From Orbicella franksi (Eukaryota): a stretch of DNA of 64,000 nucleotides. Made by a program: the position numbers and the translations under genes. The notes beneath the pieces were generated by a model that was not told the DNA's origin, made no database searches, and saw nothing but the letters and a program-made list of their open reading frames with translations. Location of the stretch: assembly GCA_964199315.1 (NCBI GenBank), contig OZ116705.1, positions 9,300,001-9,364,000 on the forward strand. The letters run 5' to 3'. Of the stretch, positions 25,801-38,700 are shown piece by piece. Each line of letters starts with the position of its first letter. Position 1 is the stretch's first letter.

Positions 25801-28800
25801 TTGCAACATGTTACTGCAACGAAATGTTGCGTTGAAAGTCGCCCTGAGCGCCATGTTACGCGACATCGAGTTTTAACTACTATTTGGCTCGTGTAACATC
25901 ACCGTCATGTTACTATGTTTGACTTTCTCGACGTCGCCGTAGCAACATCAGATGTTATTTATATTATCAATCTCTGTTTTTCTCCGCTCCAACTTGGCTG
26001 AAACTATGAGTCGTTGCGACCTGCGTTGCAACTCTCGCGGGGCTTCCAAAAAAGTCAACGAGATTCGATTTCATGAAAAGATTTAAGAAGTGACGTCACG
26101 GTTTGGACATCTCGAAAAGATAAGCCTAACTGTTTCATATTCGTTGTTTCTAATCCGGCCTTGTTAATCTTCTCCATCTTTAACCATCTTTGTTCCTTTC
26201 TGGTTTACTATCATCTCTTTGGTGTTTTCTACCTTAGTAAACTACTATTTTCAAGTTTCTCTCATAGTATCTCAAAATGGCGGTGACTAAGATCCCTTAG
26301 CGTGGTTCTGTTGGTTGTGCTATATTCTTTGGCCAAATGCCGCCGCCTCAGTCAATTTTCGGAAACCAGATTCCGACTGGTCACATGATTGGATAACCGT
26401 TCTACTATAGTCCTTTATTTGCCCTCTTTTTTATCATAGGTCACGTGGGTCCTCCGTTGCCATGCAACAAAATAAAACTCGTCGACGTTCCAGAGATGGA
26501 ATATTACGCCAAGGACGGAAAAGGCGAGGTGAGAAAATCACTGAATCACACGTGAAGGATTTTATTTTTATGACAATTTTGAGTCTTCTTTTTTTTTTCA
26601 CAATCAAGCTCTCTTGTTCTGATTGGCCCTTTTCTGATGTCATGCGCTAGGTGTGCTTTTACGGGCCGAATGTGTTCAAGGGATACCTGTATGACGAGGA
26701 GAAGACGAAAGAAAGCATTGACGAGGATGGCTGGCTTCACTCGGGGGACGTGGGGGAATGGCAACCAGTGAGTGTCATTGTCAAACTCTGTACTTTCACA
26801 GGGCTTACAATTCCCAAACATTCATGCAAATTTTGGTGGTAACATTTTCACAATACTTCGACAAAATCTGGGGAGCTTACACAACTTCAAGTCCGAGATT
26901 TAGAACGCGTGTAATTGCCAAAAGCTAATCCTCACATCTTACAACGACCTCCATTCGTGTTATGACCAGCATTTCCTTCCAAAAACACGTTTTGTTACAA
27001 TTAACTCTCGACCCGGCGAGGGTTAAGTCTCTGAGGTAAGAGCGTTGCGTGACAATATTAAATTAAACCACACGTCGCTTTGTCACTGTAGTTTCAAGCT
27101 AAATTTGTAGACATGTAACGACTTTGTCGTAACCCTTATAAGCAGCTGTCAATCTTGTTCTAAAAGGGTTTTTCTCTGTTGTTTCAGAATGGCACGTTGA
27201 AGGTGATAGACCGAAAGAAACATATCTTCAAACTGTCGCAGGTAAAGCTCAACATTTCTACTAGTTTTTATGAAAACCTCTATGTAAACATGGTTGTTGC
27301 GTTTTAGATTCGCGCGTATTTTTGAGAATTATTTCATAAAAGCAAGAGTACTTTTCCGTGTTTACATAGCCTCGTCTAAACACTTAAGGGAGTTGGGAGA
27401 ATTCACGAAAGTTATGCAAACCCTCGACTGCGTCTCAGTTCTGCATAACTGTCTCGAATTTTCCGAACCCCCTCGTATTTAGATGAAGCTATGTAAACAC
27501 GCAAAAAGTGCTCTATTTCTTAAATACAGGTACAAAAGCGAACAAGTAGGTATTTTCGTCTTCGAGAATTCACAGACAGCTATTTTCACAGCACTCGAAG
27601 GTTCACTTACTTAGTACTTTGTGTGTGTTTTCATATTTCTTATAGGGCGAGTATATTGCACCCGAGAAGATTGAGACAGTTTATACTCAGTGTTCTTTGG
27701 TCCACCAAGTTTATGTACACGGCGACAGTAAAAAGGTAACACGTTATCGACATTAAAATTCTGCTGGCTCTTAATCTGACTTCTTTCTTTGAGAGAATTG
27801 CTGATGGTTGTTCCGGTTCCTGTAACGTGAGTGACTAGCCCCCCCAAGATGAGATGCCAATCTATCGCCACTCATTCCCCCCCCCCCCCCCCCCCGCAGA
27901 TTTTGTTAGGTTTCCTATAACGCGGGCAGTCTTTGATACGCCTCTGGGCAAGAATACGGCACAATGTTGCTCCAATTACAGGGACAGCGGGACGTAATTT
28001 TAATCAGCGGTGTTGGGAGTAGGGGGAGCAAAAGGCTCGATTTCTGAATGGGGAGATGGAAAACTGAAGAGATGGTAAAATGGCGGTATTCTCGGAAACT
28101 GTTTTATCAGTCAATGGTTTTGTTCTTAGCCCTGCCTTGCCTGAAGTCAGTAGCTCGTGTCACTGGCAGGTTAATAACTTTCTTATCCCTTTACCAAGTT
28201 TAACATATCCCATCACGTCTTTCCACTGGTATTTTATTTTGTTACGTGCCTTTCCTGACAGCTTTATTTTTTTCTTTACCCAAGTCCTGTCTGATAGCTG
28301 TGGTCGTGCCAGAGAAGGATCCCGTTCAGAAGTGGGCGGATAAGAATGGCGTCGAAGGAGACATGGATTCATGGTGCACCAATGAGGTACTTTAAGGTGC
28401 ATTTGTTTATGGCGGTAAATGGTCGGCGGCAACCTGTGTTTTTCGGCGCGAAATATCCTCTACCTGCGCGTCTTTTTTGGCGTGAAACAACCGCTTACAC
28501 GCCCGTTGTTGTTGGCGGGAAATATTTGATAGCAACCTGTGTTTTTCGGCGGGAAATATCATCCACCTCTGTGCGTCATTTTTGGTGGGAAACAAGCAGA
28601 CTGCTAACTCACCTGCCTTTTTGGCGGAAACTGTTCGGTGGCAACCTGTGTTTTTCTGCGGGAAATATCATCCATTGTTGACGGGTTACGTCCCGCCAAT
28701 CCGTCATTTTGTAACGAGTCTGGAAAGAAGCTCTTACTTACAGTTGTATGAGATTCAGCCTTACTGATATATTTGGTTTTTATTTTATTTGTAGAAAGTA

Positions 28801-29431
28801 AATAAGGCCATTTTAGATCAGATGATCGCAGAGGGTAAGAAAGAGCAGCTCAAGTCATTTGAACAGGTAAAGCTTAGTCTCACTTTAAATATACCTTCGT
28901 TTCTGCACACTCAATTCTTCTCCTGCGAGAGTGTTAAAAAAGCTATGCAGTCACTTCCTCAATTGTTGTCACCTGATGTAGATCAATGTGAATTAAAGGA
29001 ACTTCATGTCTCATGATGAGCTGCTCACGGGTATTAAAACTAGAAAGAAGACGTATTATCTCGTCGAGAGCACTGTTTGTAATTATCCAGCACGAGTGAC
29101 ATTGCTCCATCACATTCGCAAAACAGTGAGGCGGGAGTTCATGTTAGGACACATAGAGGAGTAATTGTGACAAGCTTCCAGGGGTTTGGAAATGCGAAAA
29201 AATTGCAAGACGAGTGACACGCGTTGTCTGGAGAAGAAGATCTAACGCGCTCGGCTTTTTCAATTTTCTTTTTTGTTGTTGTTGTTTCAGGTCAAGGCGA
29301 TTTCTCTGACACCAGAGATATTCACAGTAGAAAATGGCCTTCTCACACCAACACTGAAGTTCAAGCGTCCAGCACTTAAGACACACTTTAAACAGACATT
29401 TGAGGACCTCTACAGCACAATACCAGAGTAA
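13898..29431 (+). CDS. ACSL1: Long-chain-fatty-acid--CoA ligase, ACSL1/5/6 type, 688 aa
   Basis: 23 coding exons: 13898-14059, 15785-15893, 16800-16867, 17671-17778, 19046-19145, 19836-20008, 20231-20263, 21077-21128, 21830-21906, 22237-22314, 22914-22996, 23087-23138, 24029-24111, 24186-24240, 24749-24844, 25424-25496, 26440-26528, 26651-26767, 27188-27241, 27646-27735, 28285-28386, 28795-28866, 29291-29431 (sum 2067 nt). Motifs: N-terminal membrane anchor, [81 protein letters not shown]. The symbol names the vertebrate ACSL1/5/6 clade; one-to-one orthology is not implied. Confidence 0.96.
16553..16696. mobile_element. Family A MITE
   Basis: Near-consensus copy flanked by CTG/CAG in ACSL coding intron 2. 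Confidence 0.85.
23552..23760. mobile_element. Young 209-bp palindromic MITE with 9-bp TSD (Mutator-like)
   Basis: TAGCCTGCGAACAGGCTCCCGG...CCGGGAGCCTGTTCGCAGGCTA; GCAATGTTG at 23543-23551 and 23761-23769. Related termini near 37661-37800 and 39141-39466. Confidence 0.9.
25086..25320. mobile_element. TTAA-flanked MITE (Kolobok-like)
   Basis: TTAA-AGGAGCT...AGCTTCT-TTAA; a truncated second copy at about 26080-26260. Confidence 0.75.
28425..28680. repeat. Three degenerate ~100-bp tandem units
   Basis: GCAACCTGTGTTTTTC(G/T)GCG(C/G)GAAATATC recurs at about 28429, 28530 and 28640. Confidence 0.75.
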
Positions 29432-31777
29432 ATAACACTAAATATATCCCTGCGCGACAAGACGATAAGTTAAAAGTCAGTCGTGATCCAGAAGCCCGAG
29501 CGAATGGATTGGTCTCTATGCACTTTTTTATAAAGTTGTTTTATGAATATCAGATGACACAATTTGATTTTAAATTAAAGTAGTCTCGTGAAATAAGCAT
29601 GTGGAAGGAGGGTAAATAGGTTTGATTCTAGGTTGGCAATGTAAGACATGAATCAGAATTGAACAGGAATTTTCTTATCATACGTTCACAAGGCATTTGA
29701 ATGCTTTCTTGTTTAAGAATGTGAAATTACTTTTATATATTCACCATAGTACTTTAGTGCCTACGGAAACGCTTTCCAGCTCGTCACGCGCTCAAAAAGC
29801 GTCTTTATAGCAGGCTACGTTTAGTACAGAACGGTCTTTTCTAACGACTTTTGTAAATCCAAAGTCACTGTAATCACATCACACTCGAATTGTCATGGGT
29901 CAAATACACACGTGGAAAACCTTGCAGCCTGTGAAAAGCGCGGGAAAATTCGCGAAAACAGTCACGGGTGGATTTAGTTTGTTCCTTATTGGCTAAAAAA
30001 GACAATATGTTTGTTCTGATTGGCCAGACTAGGTATAAGAGAATTTTGACAGAGTTTAGCAGGCATGGAACTGCAACAGCTCTTAAACAAGGCGGTGGGT
30101 AGAGGTTTTTTGTTCTTTTTTTTCGCACGGCTTACATTGCACTGGTTTGCAAATCGCGCGCGAAGAATTTCGCAACAGAACATTTCGTATTTGGTAACAG
30201 AACAGTTTGGTTTAACGGCGATATCATAAGTTTGATCTGGAGCTGTCTCGAGAAAGGTTATCCTATGAAAGGGTGAAAGTGCACGCTGACGTACGTGTAT
30301 CTGTAGTTTTCCATCCTTCGCGATTGTACACAGTCAACTTCGACTTATTAAGCAACGATAAACTGCTATTAGTAATAAATGCAGTTAGGTATTGTGAGGT
30401 ACCCTTAGGACAGCCTTTCTCTTTAAAGCTTAATTTACTGAAATAGTTAACAACCTATGTGTCGGTGGATAGCGGAAGATATTCAACGCGCAGTCTTGAT
30501 CTTTAGTTAGTGACTCAGTAAATTTTATACCACATCAGTGAATATTAAATATTACAAATCATTATCCACAAATCGGAAATCCATTGAGGTTTTCACAAGA
30601 CCGTTCAATTTCTCCAAACAAGAAGACAAGATTATACAATCTCAAGTTAGATGATAATAATATAGAAACCCATCAAGTAGAAATATTGAACGAAGAAATT
30701 CTAAACAAAACAATGATAGACGAGTATTGCAAACAGTGGAGAGAAATTATACTTCAAGTTTGAGTGATGAGTCAACCCGTCCCGCTCAAGGAGGGAGGGG
30801 GTGTAGTGGGATTAGGAATGTGGGGGGGGGGGGGGTTGGGGGTGGGAGATACTTAATTCCTTGTTTAGATTTTCTGAATTACGTTTTGTTAGGTAAAGTA
30901 GGCCATACTCTACAAAAGATGAGAGAGTAGTAATAATAAAAAAGTACGATTACATGAGTATTGTTGTGTGTAGTGTTGCAGAAAGTGGGCACACGTTAAA
31001 ATTGTTGCGCCAATGTTGCAGAAGTGGAAAGGGACTCTCTCCCCTACGGCAGGTTTTCGATGTCTTGAACTTAATCCCTTGCTATCAGTAGAACAAGGAA
31101 CCCCAACCACCCCATCTTATATCGGTGGGGCACCACCATTCTTCCAAGGAACTAATCATTACGACGTAACCATTATGTTTTCTCTTCATTCTGGCTGGCG
31201 ACTCAGTAAAAGATTTCAAGATCTTCAGTCCGCCTCAAAGCAAATTAGAAGATTAGAAAAATTGCGAAAGTGCGAAAATGATCGTGGTTACAAATTTACA
31301 ATGCAAATTTTTTCTTACTGATTATTATTCATCACAAGTTCACTTTACGAACACCTTCGTTGCTTCTTGTTGCATTTGTCGGTGCAGAAAGAGCAACCTT
31401 TCTACATTAAAACTGGCGATGAAAGGAGACACTGTAGTACTAGTACAGCCAAGATTTCTGTATAACTCCATATACGGCTGTTTCGACAAAGGTTGTTCGA
31501 CAAAAGCGTAAAAGCGAACGCGACAATGCCGATTGATATGCCAATTAATGGTAGTAATAGTTTGGCATTTCTTGTTTAAGCTTCAGGAAGAAAAAGTATA
31601 AATATACGTGCTTGTGCTGTGTCCCTCTGTCATGATGAAATGCCTTTAGCTTGAATCAACCGTAGGTTGCTATTACCCATAATACCTTTCGACATTGTCG
31701 CGTACGCTTCTGCACTTTCGTAGGACAACCCTTCTTGAAACAGCTGTATATTATACCTGAAGTTCATTGGTCAACCA

Positions 31778-32228
31778 AGACCCCGTCCACAGCGCGCAAG
31801 AGAAGTTTGAAAACGCAGCTTTACTTCTAGGGTAAGACCTGGCGTGCACACTAATCCATCACGAAAACGGAGCTTTTCGAAAACGCTCTTCAAACCGAAG
31901 GAATTTGAAAAGGCAGCTTTATTTCTGTTAGGCCTACCGTCCACACTAATCCGTCACGAAAACGGAGCTTTTCGAAACCGTTCTTCAAACCCGAGGAATT
32001 TGAAAACGCCGGCTTCTCGTTTTCGTGTGGACGGAAAACATTGAAAACGGAACTTTTTGAAAACGATGACGTCACGAGAATCATGTGACTTCCCTGCCCA
32101 GGCTTTTTCAAACACAAATCCAACCAGTTGATTGTTGGGTTTAGAAATTCCTCCGGGGTAGAGTGCACGGAAAACATTTGATGCGCGTTTTCAGAGTGAA
32201 ACCTCCGTTTTCGTAGTGTGGACGAGGG
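31778..32228. mobile_element. MITE with CCCCGTCCACA...TGTGGACGAGG termini and an internal ~100-bp duplication (Harbinger-like)
   Basis: TIRs visible; ACACTAATCC.TCACGAAAACGGAGCTTTTCGAAA occurs twice; a degenerate reverse copy at about 20575-20830. Confidence 0.75.
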
Positions 32229-32819
32229 TTTAAGAACAGCCGGAACAATAGATCCCCTTTGTGACTTGAATGACTATAAAACTCTTCATTGGTTTTTTCT
32301 AAGTCTCTAAATGTTGTCTTTTTTTTCTCATTTGCTCTCTGTTTACGCAATGAACAACAACCACGTGCGTATTTAGGTGAAGTGGTGACCGATCTTTGGA
32401 ATAACGAGTGCGGAATGCGCAAGCTTCTGGAGGGATCCGAGGGCATGCTCCTCCATGAAATCGTTTGGATTTAAAATCCTTTAAGTCTCCTTTCCTGGGT
32501 TTTTGAGTCATTCTGAAAAATTTCACCGTTTTCCGCAAAACGTTGGAAACCGGTATGGATCCTCGCCAGAGACAGAGACTGCTCAGTGACTATTGGCTAT
32601 TTATTGTTTAATGACAGTGTTCGAGACCGTGAAGCATTTACAAATAAACTTACATCAGTAATTTTGATATGTCTACACAATAATGACATTAGCTATATGG
32701 CAAGGTATTATGACATTTTGATTAGCAGGATAAGACGCGACTTTTGACAAAGTTTTAAAAAAATATGTACATGGAGTTCCACCTTAAAGATTTGAAAATT
32801 CTTCTACACGAGAAAAACC

Positions 32820-35683
32820 TCAAAGATTTGGGGGAGGGGGAGGAAGAGGTGGAGGAGGTTGGGGTGGGGGTGGGGACAGACCAAAACCAATATTAGTTCC
32901 CCTGGGACCTGGCATGGGGTATCTTGGAACAAATCCTGGTGGTGGACCCACTGGCCAGTGTCCCGGCACCTGCTGAGCACCAATCAAGGGCCTAGATGGT
33001 GAAAACGAGGGAATGGGTACATTTCCAATAGGACCAGGATTTGGCCCAGGGAAAGGTCCCATAGCCTGTGGTGGCATCATATTCAATGGACCTCTTGGAG
33101 GTAGCCCTCTTGGGGGCACCATGTGTCTCATCCCAAAGGGAGGCAAGTCTTGTGTTGGGTAGCTCATAAACGGGCTCTGTGGTGGAAAGGCAGGCCTCTG
33201 CACCGCATGAGGTGAGGCCTGGGGAGGTAAGGAATCCCCTGGCTGAGGAACAGGGAATCTGTAAGCTGGGTGTTGTAATGGAGGGAGATTGGTGTCAGGG
33301 ACTGCCTGATTCTGGTTCTGATTGCTTAGTTGTCCTCTCCCACGACTTTGCCAAGTTCTTTTCCTGTCACCTGTAAAAATAAATACAGTTCAACCGCTAT
33401 TAAACGGCCACCCTCAGGGAAATGGATAGTGGCCGCTTAAAAGGGGCTGGCTGCTTAACACACTGAGGTAAAAACAATAGAAAAAACCTCATTGGCACTT
33501 GGATTACTTGCCGCCTAATAGGGGTGGCCGTTCAATAGATGGCCGCTTGATAGGGGTTTAACTGTATTGCGATATTTATGACCAGACACTCAAATCAATT
33601 TATGGAGCCGGTGCGGGTGCACTGTGTTCTTGGTCAAAACACTGTTATCTCTAACCAAGTGTGCAAACTAATACAGTCACATGCTACATGTTAGAGTCAA
33701 GTGTTCCACCTTACAGCCACTTGTTCCAGCCACTGACAATGTCAGCTATCTGATCCAGCAAATTCCTGTGATTTAGTACAATATGGCTCATGTCTATTGA
33801 CCCATCGCGATAAAATTGACAAATTAACCAATTTCAAACCATTACATGTAACCTGTAAATATGCAATCATAGCATTCCATCAAGTAAGTTCCGCCACTAA
33901 AACTACGTTAGGCCCAACCTTTTTTTTTTTTACAAAAGAGTGGGCTTGCATCTCTGTGCACTTCACATCCTTGGAAGTGAAGTTGACATAGCCATTTTCA
34001 GTAATTTCTTTAATTCACTTATCTTAACAAGAAACACCATTGTTATTTACAAACCTCTGATAGGTCCCTGGCAGTCACCGTTTCCACTCTCTTTCTTAAC
34101 ATCACTTGCACACGGCTCTTTTCTAGCCATTCTGTAAATTATTAGAAAAGGTGTTTTACCCCAGTTGCCTGATCAATGAAACAAGATTTAATTTAAATTA
34201 TGTGACGCAAGCCACACGTGTTTATTTTTGACATCTTTTATAGGGGTTTCATTAACATTTTCAACAGGAGGGCAACTGGTTTTAACAGACTGGAAAAACT
34301 CTTTGAACTGAACTTCTTTATGAGAAAAACGTTCCTGTAGATGGTCAAACTAGGCGGGTAAAATCATCCTCACAGATACAGTATTCAATTTGCCCAGTGA
34401 TTGGCCCTAAATCAAACTCCTGCTTTTAACTGTGATCAACATACTGTGGTTTTTACCTTTCTTTCTTTTTACTGGCCTTCGCTTTAGATTCTTCCTCGTC
34501 ATCAGAATATTCAATGGCCTGAAATAAACATAATGGCATTTTACTGTGTGAGCGTCAGGATTTTGGTTCTTTTCTTTAGTCTCGTCATAAGGATTCCATT
34601 TTTGTGTTTTTGGCACGCAAAAATAAGTTCAATGCACAACTTCACAGCATAATTAACTTAATATGTTCATAGATAGATGCCTCTTTTCAAGTAATATTAT
34701 AACATAGATATCAAACTTAGCATATGTGAGAGTGCATCATAATCATAATTCAAAGATGTACGTCCATGATGTGAGGAAAGTAAACTTTGCTATGCGAGAG
34801 GAATTAATCTCCATTGGCAACGTTTGTTTAAAATAATTTTTGATCCACGCTTTTAGCTGTGCATCATCCAGTTATGATATGCTGAGAGCATTTGGAGAGA
34901 ACTCCAAACTTGAATGAAGTTCACATTGTGCCACAAGGTGACTGTTACTGTTCTTCTTCTCTCCAAACTTCCTGCTTGCATCAATAATGATAAGAAAAGG
35001 TAGTCATATGAATGCAAGTTCAATTAAGGATTCACACTATCAGGGTCATGGGGTGAATGGCATGAGCCTTCAGGCGAGTGTAATTTGAATAAATCAAACA
35101 CGAGAGACAGTGCTTCATCAGGATATCCAAACACCAAGAAGAGAGTTGAAAATACGGTGCACTGTGGAGTATTTTTGACGAAATTTGAGGTGTTTGGACA
35201 GCAATGAAACACAGTCTCGAGTGTTTGATATATCTTCTCAATCGAAATATTAAAACTAAGGAGTAAATGGAGAAGAAAAATCATCAAAATCTACGCTAAT
35301 TAAGAGCGGCTATCCTAATCTCCTTCACAGTTGTGATTTTCTTTTTGTTTTAACTTGATGAATTATTAAATAAATGAGTTTGAGAAAGAATTTTCAAATA
35401 TCTCGAGTAGAGCAAATCCTTAATTGACTGAGCTTTCATACAATTAATTTATACAGTTTACTGACCAAGCTTGTTCAGTCAAGATGGCTGGATATTGACC
35501 AAGTTCTTTTCTTGCAAGTTTATGGACCAAGACGGAGTCGAGGTCCATAAACTCACAAAAAAGAACAAGGCCAATATCCAGCCATCTTGACCGAACAACC
35601 TTGGTCAATAAACGATTTATTATAAGACTTTCGGGGAAATTTTTCTTGTGGGACACGGCAGGTAGTCCCGTGCGGGCAAGATA

Positions 35684-35714
<31 letters not shown>

Positions 35715-38700
35715 CAGCACAGGATTTGATTCATCTTGCCCGCTCACGGAGCTAACCATATAATAAACTAATTTACTACATGACAGAGAAAATTGCCAAT
35801 GCACGCACATTAATTTGCACTGCAATGCAAATTAAAAATTAACAATAAATTGGCCTGCTCTCAGCCAATCACAACAAGGTTATTATCTCAGTCAGATAAC
35901 AATGCATGTTAAAGCATGAATCAATTGTTCAGCTATTTTCTCTGCTAAAGACACATCACACTTTTGATTGACTAATGATCTACTGTAAAAATTTATACCG
36001 TAAAATATTGACCATCAAGAGGAAGTCTTTGGCTAAATAAATAAAATAAGAAATTTGACTGTTATTAATTTTTAGTGTCATTCACCTCTTGTGGTGGTTC
36101 TTCATCATGTTCCCAGGAAGCATCAGATCCTTTTAACCTGAAAGATGATCAAACTGAGCTATATTTAAGAATTATAATATAGATAGGACCCTATGCACAC
36201 TCTGATTGGTCAAAAACCTGTGTTTTATCAGAGTATAAAACATAGAAAAAGTGTGTTATATTGTTTTTCACCACATTTCCTCTAGTCAACATTTTTGTTA
36301 GAGATGGTGAAAAACATTTTCTTTGAAGAAATTTGTCATGGAGTTCTCTGCGAAGCAGCAGAAAGTTTTGAAGATGAGGCACGTAACACTTTAGTGGTAT
36401 TAAATTGCGTCAGTTTGTCGATCTGTGTACTTTGTTGTTTCTACTCACCACATGTAAAATCTACATCATAAAGCAAATGAAGATGCCTAAGCCATGCGGC
36501 TCGTGTTTTCTACGTTTCCCTCGTGTTCTCAAATGCTCGTTATGTTTTATCACAGTGTAATACACGGCTTAGGCTTCTCTCTTCATGTTCTCTGTGTTTC
36601 TATCAAGTTTTAGTAATTTTAATATTTTTTAGTATTTAAAAGTTCTAAGATAACTATCCATAGAGTTCCAAATACTAACCGTTCTATGATAAAAAGTACT
36701 TTGACCACTAGCAGTCTTGAAAAGCGGAATATTCAGCATCCGTGAGCTTCTTGTGGTATGCCTGCAAACAGGATGTTTAAATGCCTAACATTCTGTGTGC
36801 CAGAGTACCTTTCCTCTCAATTCATAAAGCGAGAAGAAATAAGCAGGCGTACCACAAGAAGTTCACAGATGCTCAATATTCTGCTTTTCAAGACTGCTAG
36901 TGGTTAAAGAACTTTTTATTATAGAACAGTATTTGGAACTCTATGAATAGTTATCTTAGAACTTTTAAATCAGTATCTGCTTTTAAATTTAACGTAAAAC
37001 GTAAACTGGTAAAGGATTTTATAGATTCTTAAATATTAGTGTAAATACTTTTTAGGGTAGTAGATCTTTATTGTTGCCATCTTATTTTTATTGTTGTACT
37101 TATTTAAATTTAAGTCATTGTGTTTGAAAAGCCTCTTAGGGGAAGTCAATAAAGTATGTAGGTATGTATGTATGTAAATTTTAAAAAAATTTAAATTACT
37201 GGGTCTTGGAAACTTTCAATCTGATCTCAAAATCTTGGGTGCCTTGATGATGAGTCACAAAGTGCTGTTTTTCTGTGTTTCAATAGACCATTTTACAGTC
37301 GTCTGCTCAGTGAGCTGGCCTTTGGATGGCAGCGAGGCTGGAGTTGACCTTGTTTTGATACGGACCTCACTGCTTTTGTCATGTAAATGCCCCTAGTTAG
37401 CATCAAAACAACTTGTTTTACACAACAAAAGCAGTGAGGTCTGTATCAAAACAAAGTCAACTTCAGTCTCGCTGCCATCCAAAGGCCAGGCCATTGAGCA
37501 GACAACTGTAAAATGGTCTATTGTCTAACATGGCACAAGTCTCAGTCTTAGATTTTCAAGAGAGGGTCCTGGCATCTTGAGCATTCTCAGACTTGTATCT
37601 ATGGCAACCCTCCTGGATTATCCAGGAGTCTCCCTGACACAGACTGAATCTCACTGTCTCCCAGCCTGCGTAGCTTGGCGGTTTTTAAGCAATTTGAACG
37701 AGATAAGAAAGTGGCAAAGCCACGATAATAAGTGCCAAAGCCGCATTAATGAGCTCAAATTACTTAAAAAGTGCTTAAACCACCAAGCTATGCAGGCTAC
37801 CAGTCTCCCATATGGGTCACTAAATCTCCCACACAATACAAATGAAAGTGCATAAAATACATTTTTCACATAACGTTTTGGCCAATTTTTGGCATTAATT
37901 TTTTTTTTTTGAAGGGGGGATGCTGGATATTTGATGCATTTTGCAGTCTAATTAGTGGAGTTCTACTTTGAACAACTTTTTTTAGGGTCAAACGAGGTGA
38001 AATTGGCAATCTCCCAGATTTTGAGTTTTTTAGGTTGGCATCCCTGGACTTCACTATTTGTCACTCCTAGCATTAGCCCACCCCATCCACATCTCTTAAA
38101 CTACTGACAGATGAACATACTTTTTAAGCTGGGCCACAAACACAAAGTTGGAAAACTCCATCATATCAGGAGCATAGAATACTTTGTCTCCTACATGGAC
38201 ATTTTTATCACTGATGTCTCTGTCCATGTTAAATCTGATAGAGTAAAATGGGGTCTGCACAGGTCCAAATGTCTCAAAAACCTGTCAAGAGGAAAGACAA
38301 TAAATATCATCATCACTCCTTTACAACCCCAGGGGAGCATAGGACATTAAAGTTTTACAAGTTCATTCTAATATTTGGAAGCTCAATGGTTTTTCAAATA
38401 GCATCCTTCAACCAATCCACAATTAAAAAAGTTTTGTCATAACAATGCTGCAAAATAGAGGTTCATTCAGTGAAGGTCACTAAAAAAAGGTTATAATATA
38501 CAATATCTGAACAAAGAACCCACCTAGGAAGAATTTAAAAAGTTAAGGAAGATCGATTAAGTTTAGAGCAGGATGACAATTAACAAGTAATGTGAGTTAT
38601 AACTTCATCATTATTGTCATACCAAGCCAAGACAGGATCTGTTCTCTAGGAAAAGAACACTATCTGAATCCAAAGCTGGAGTCTGCGGCAAAGCTTTTAC

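Noticed and set aside
27876-27895. Long C/G homopolymer runs (also about 7610-7628) as functional G-quadruplex sites
   Set aside because: Simple intronic homopolymers without conserved context; they cannot be distinguished from slippage products.
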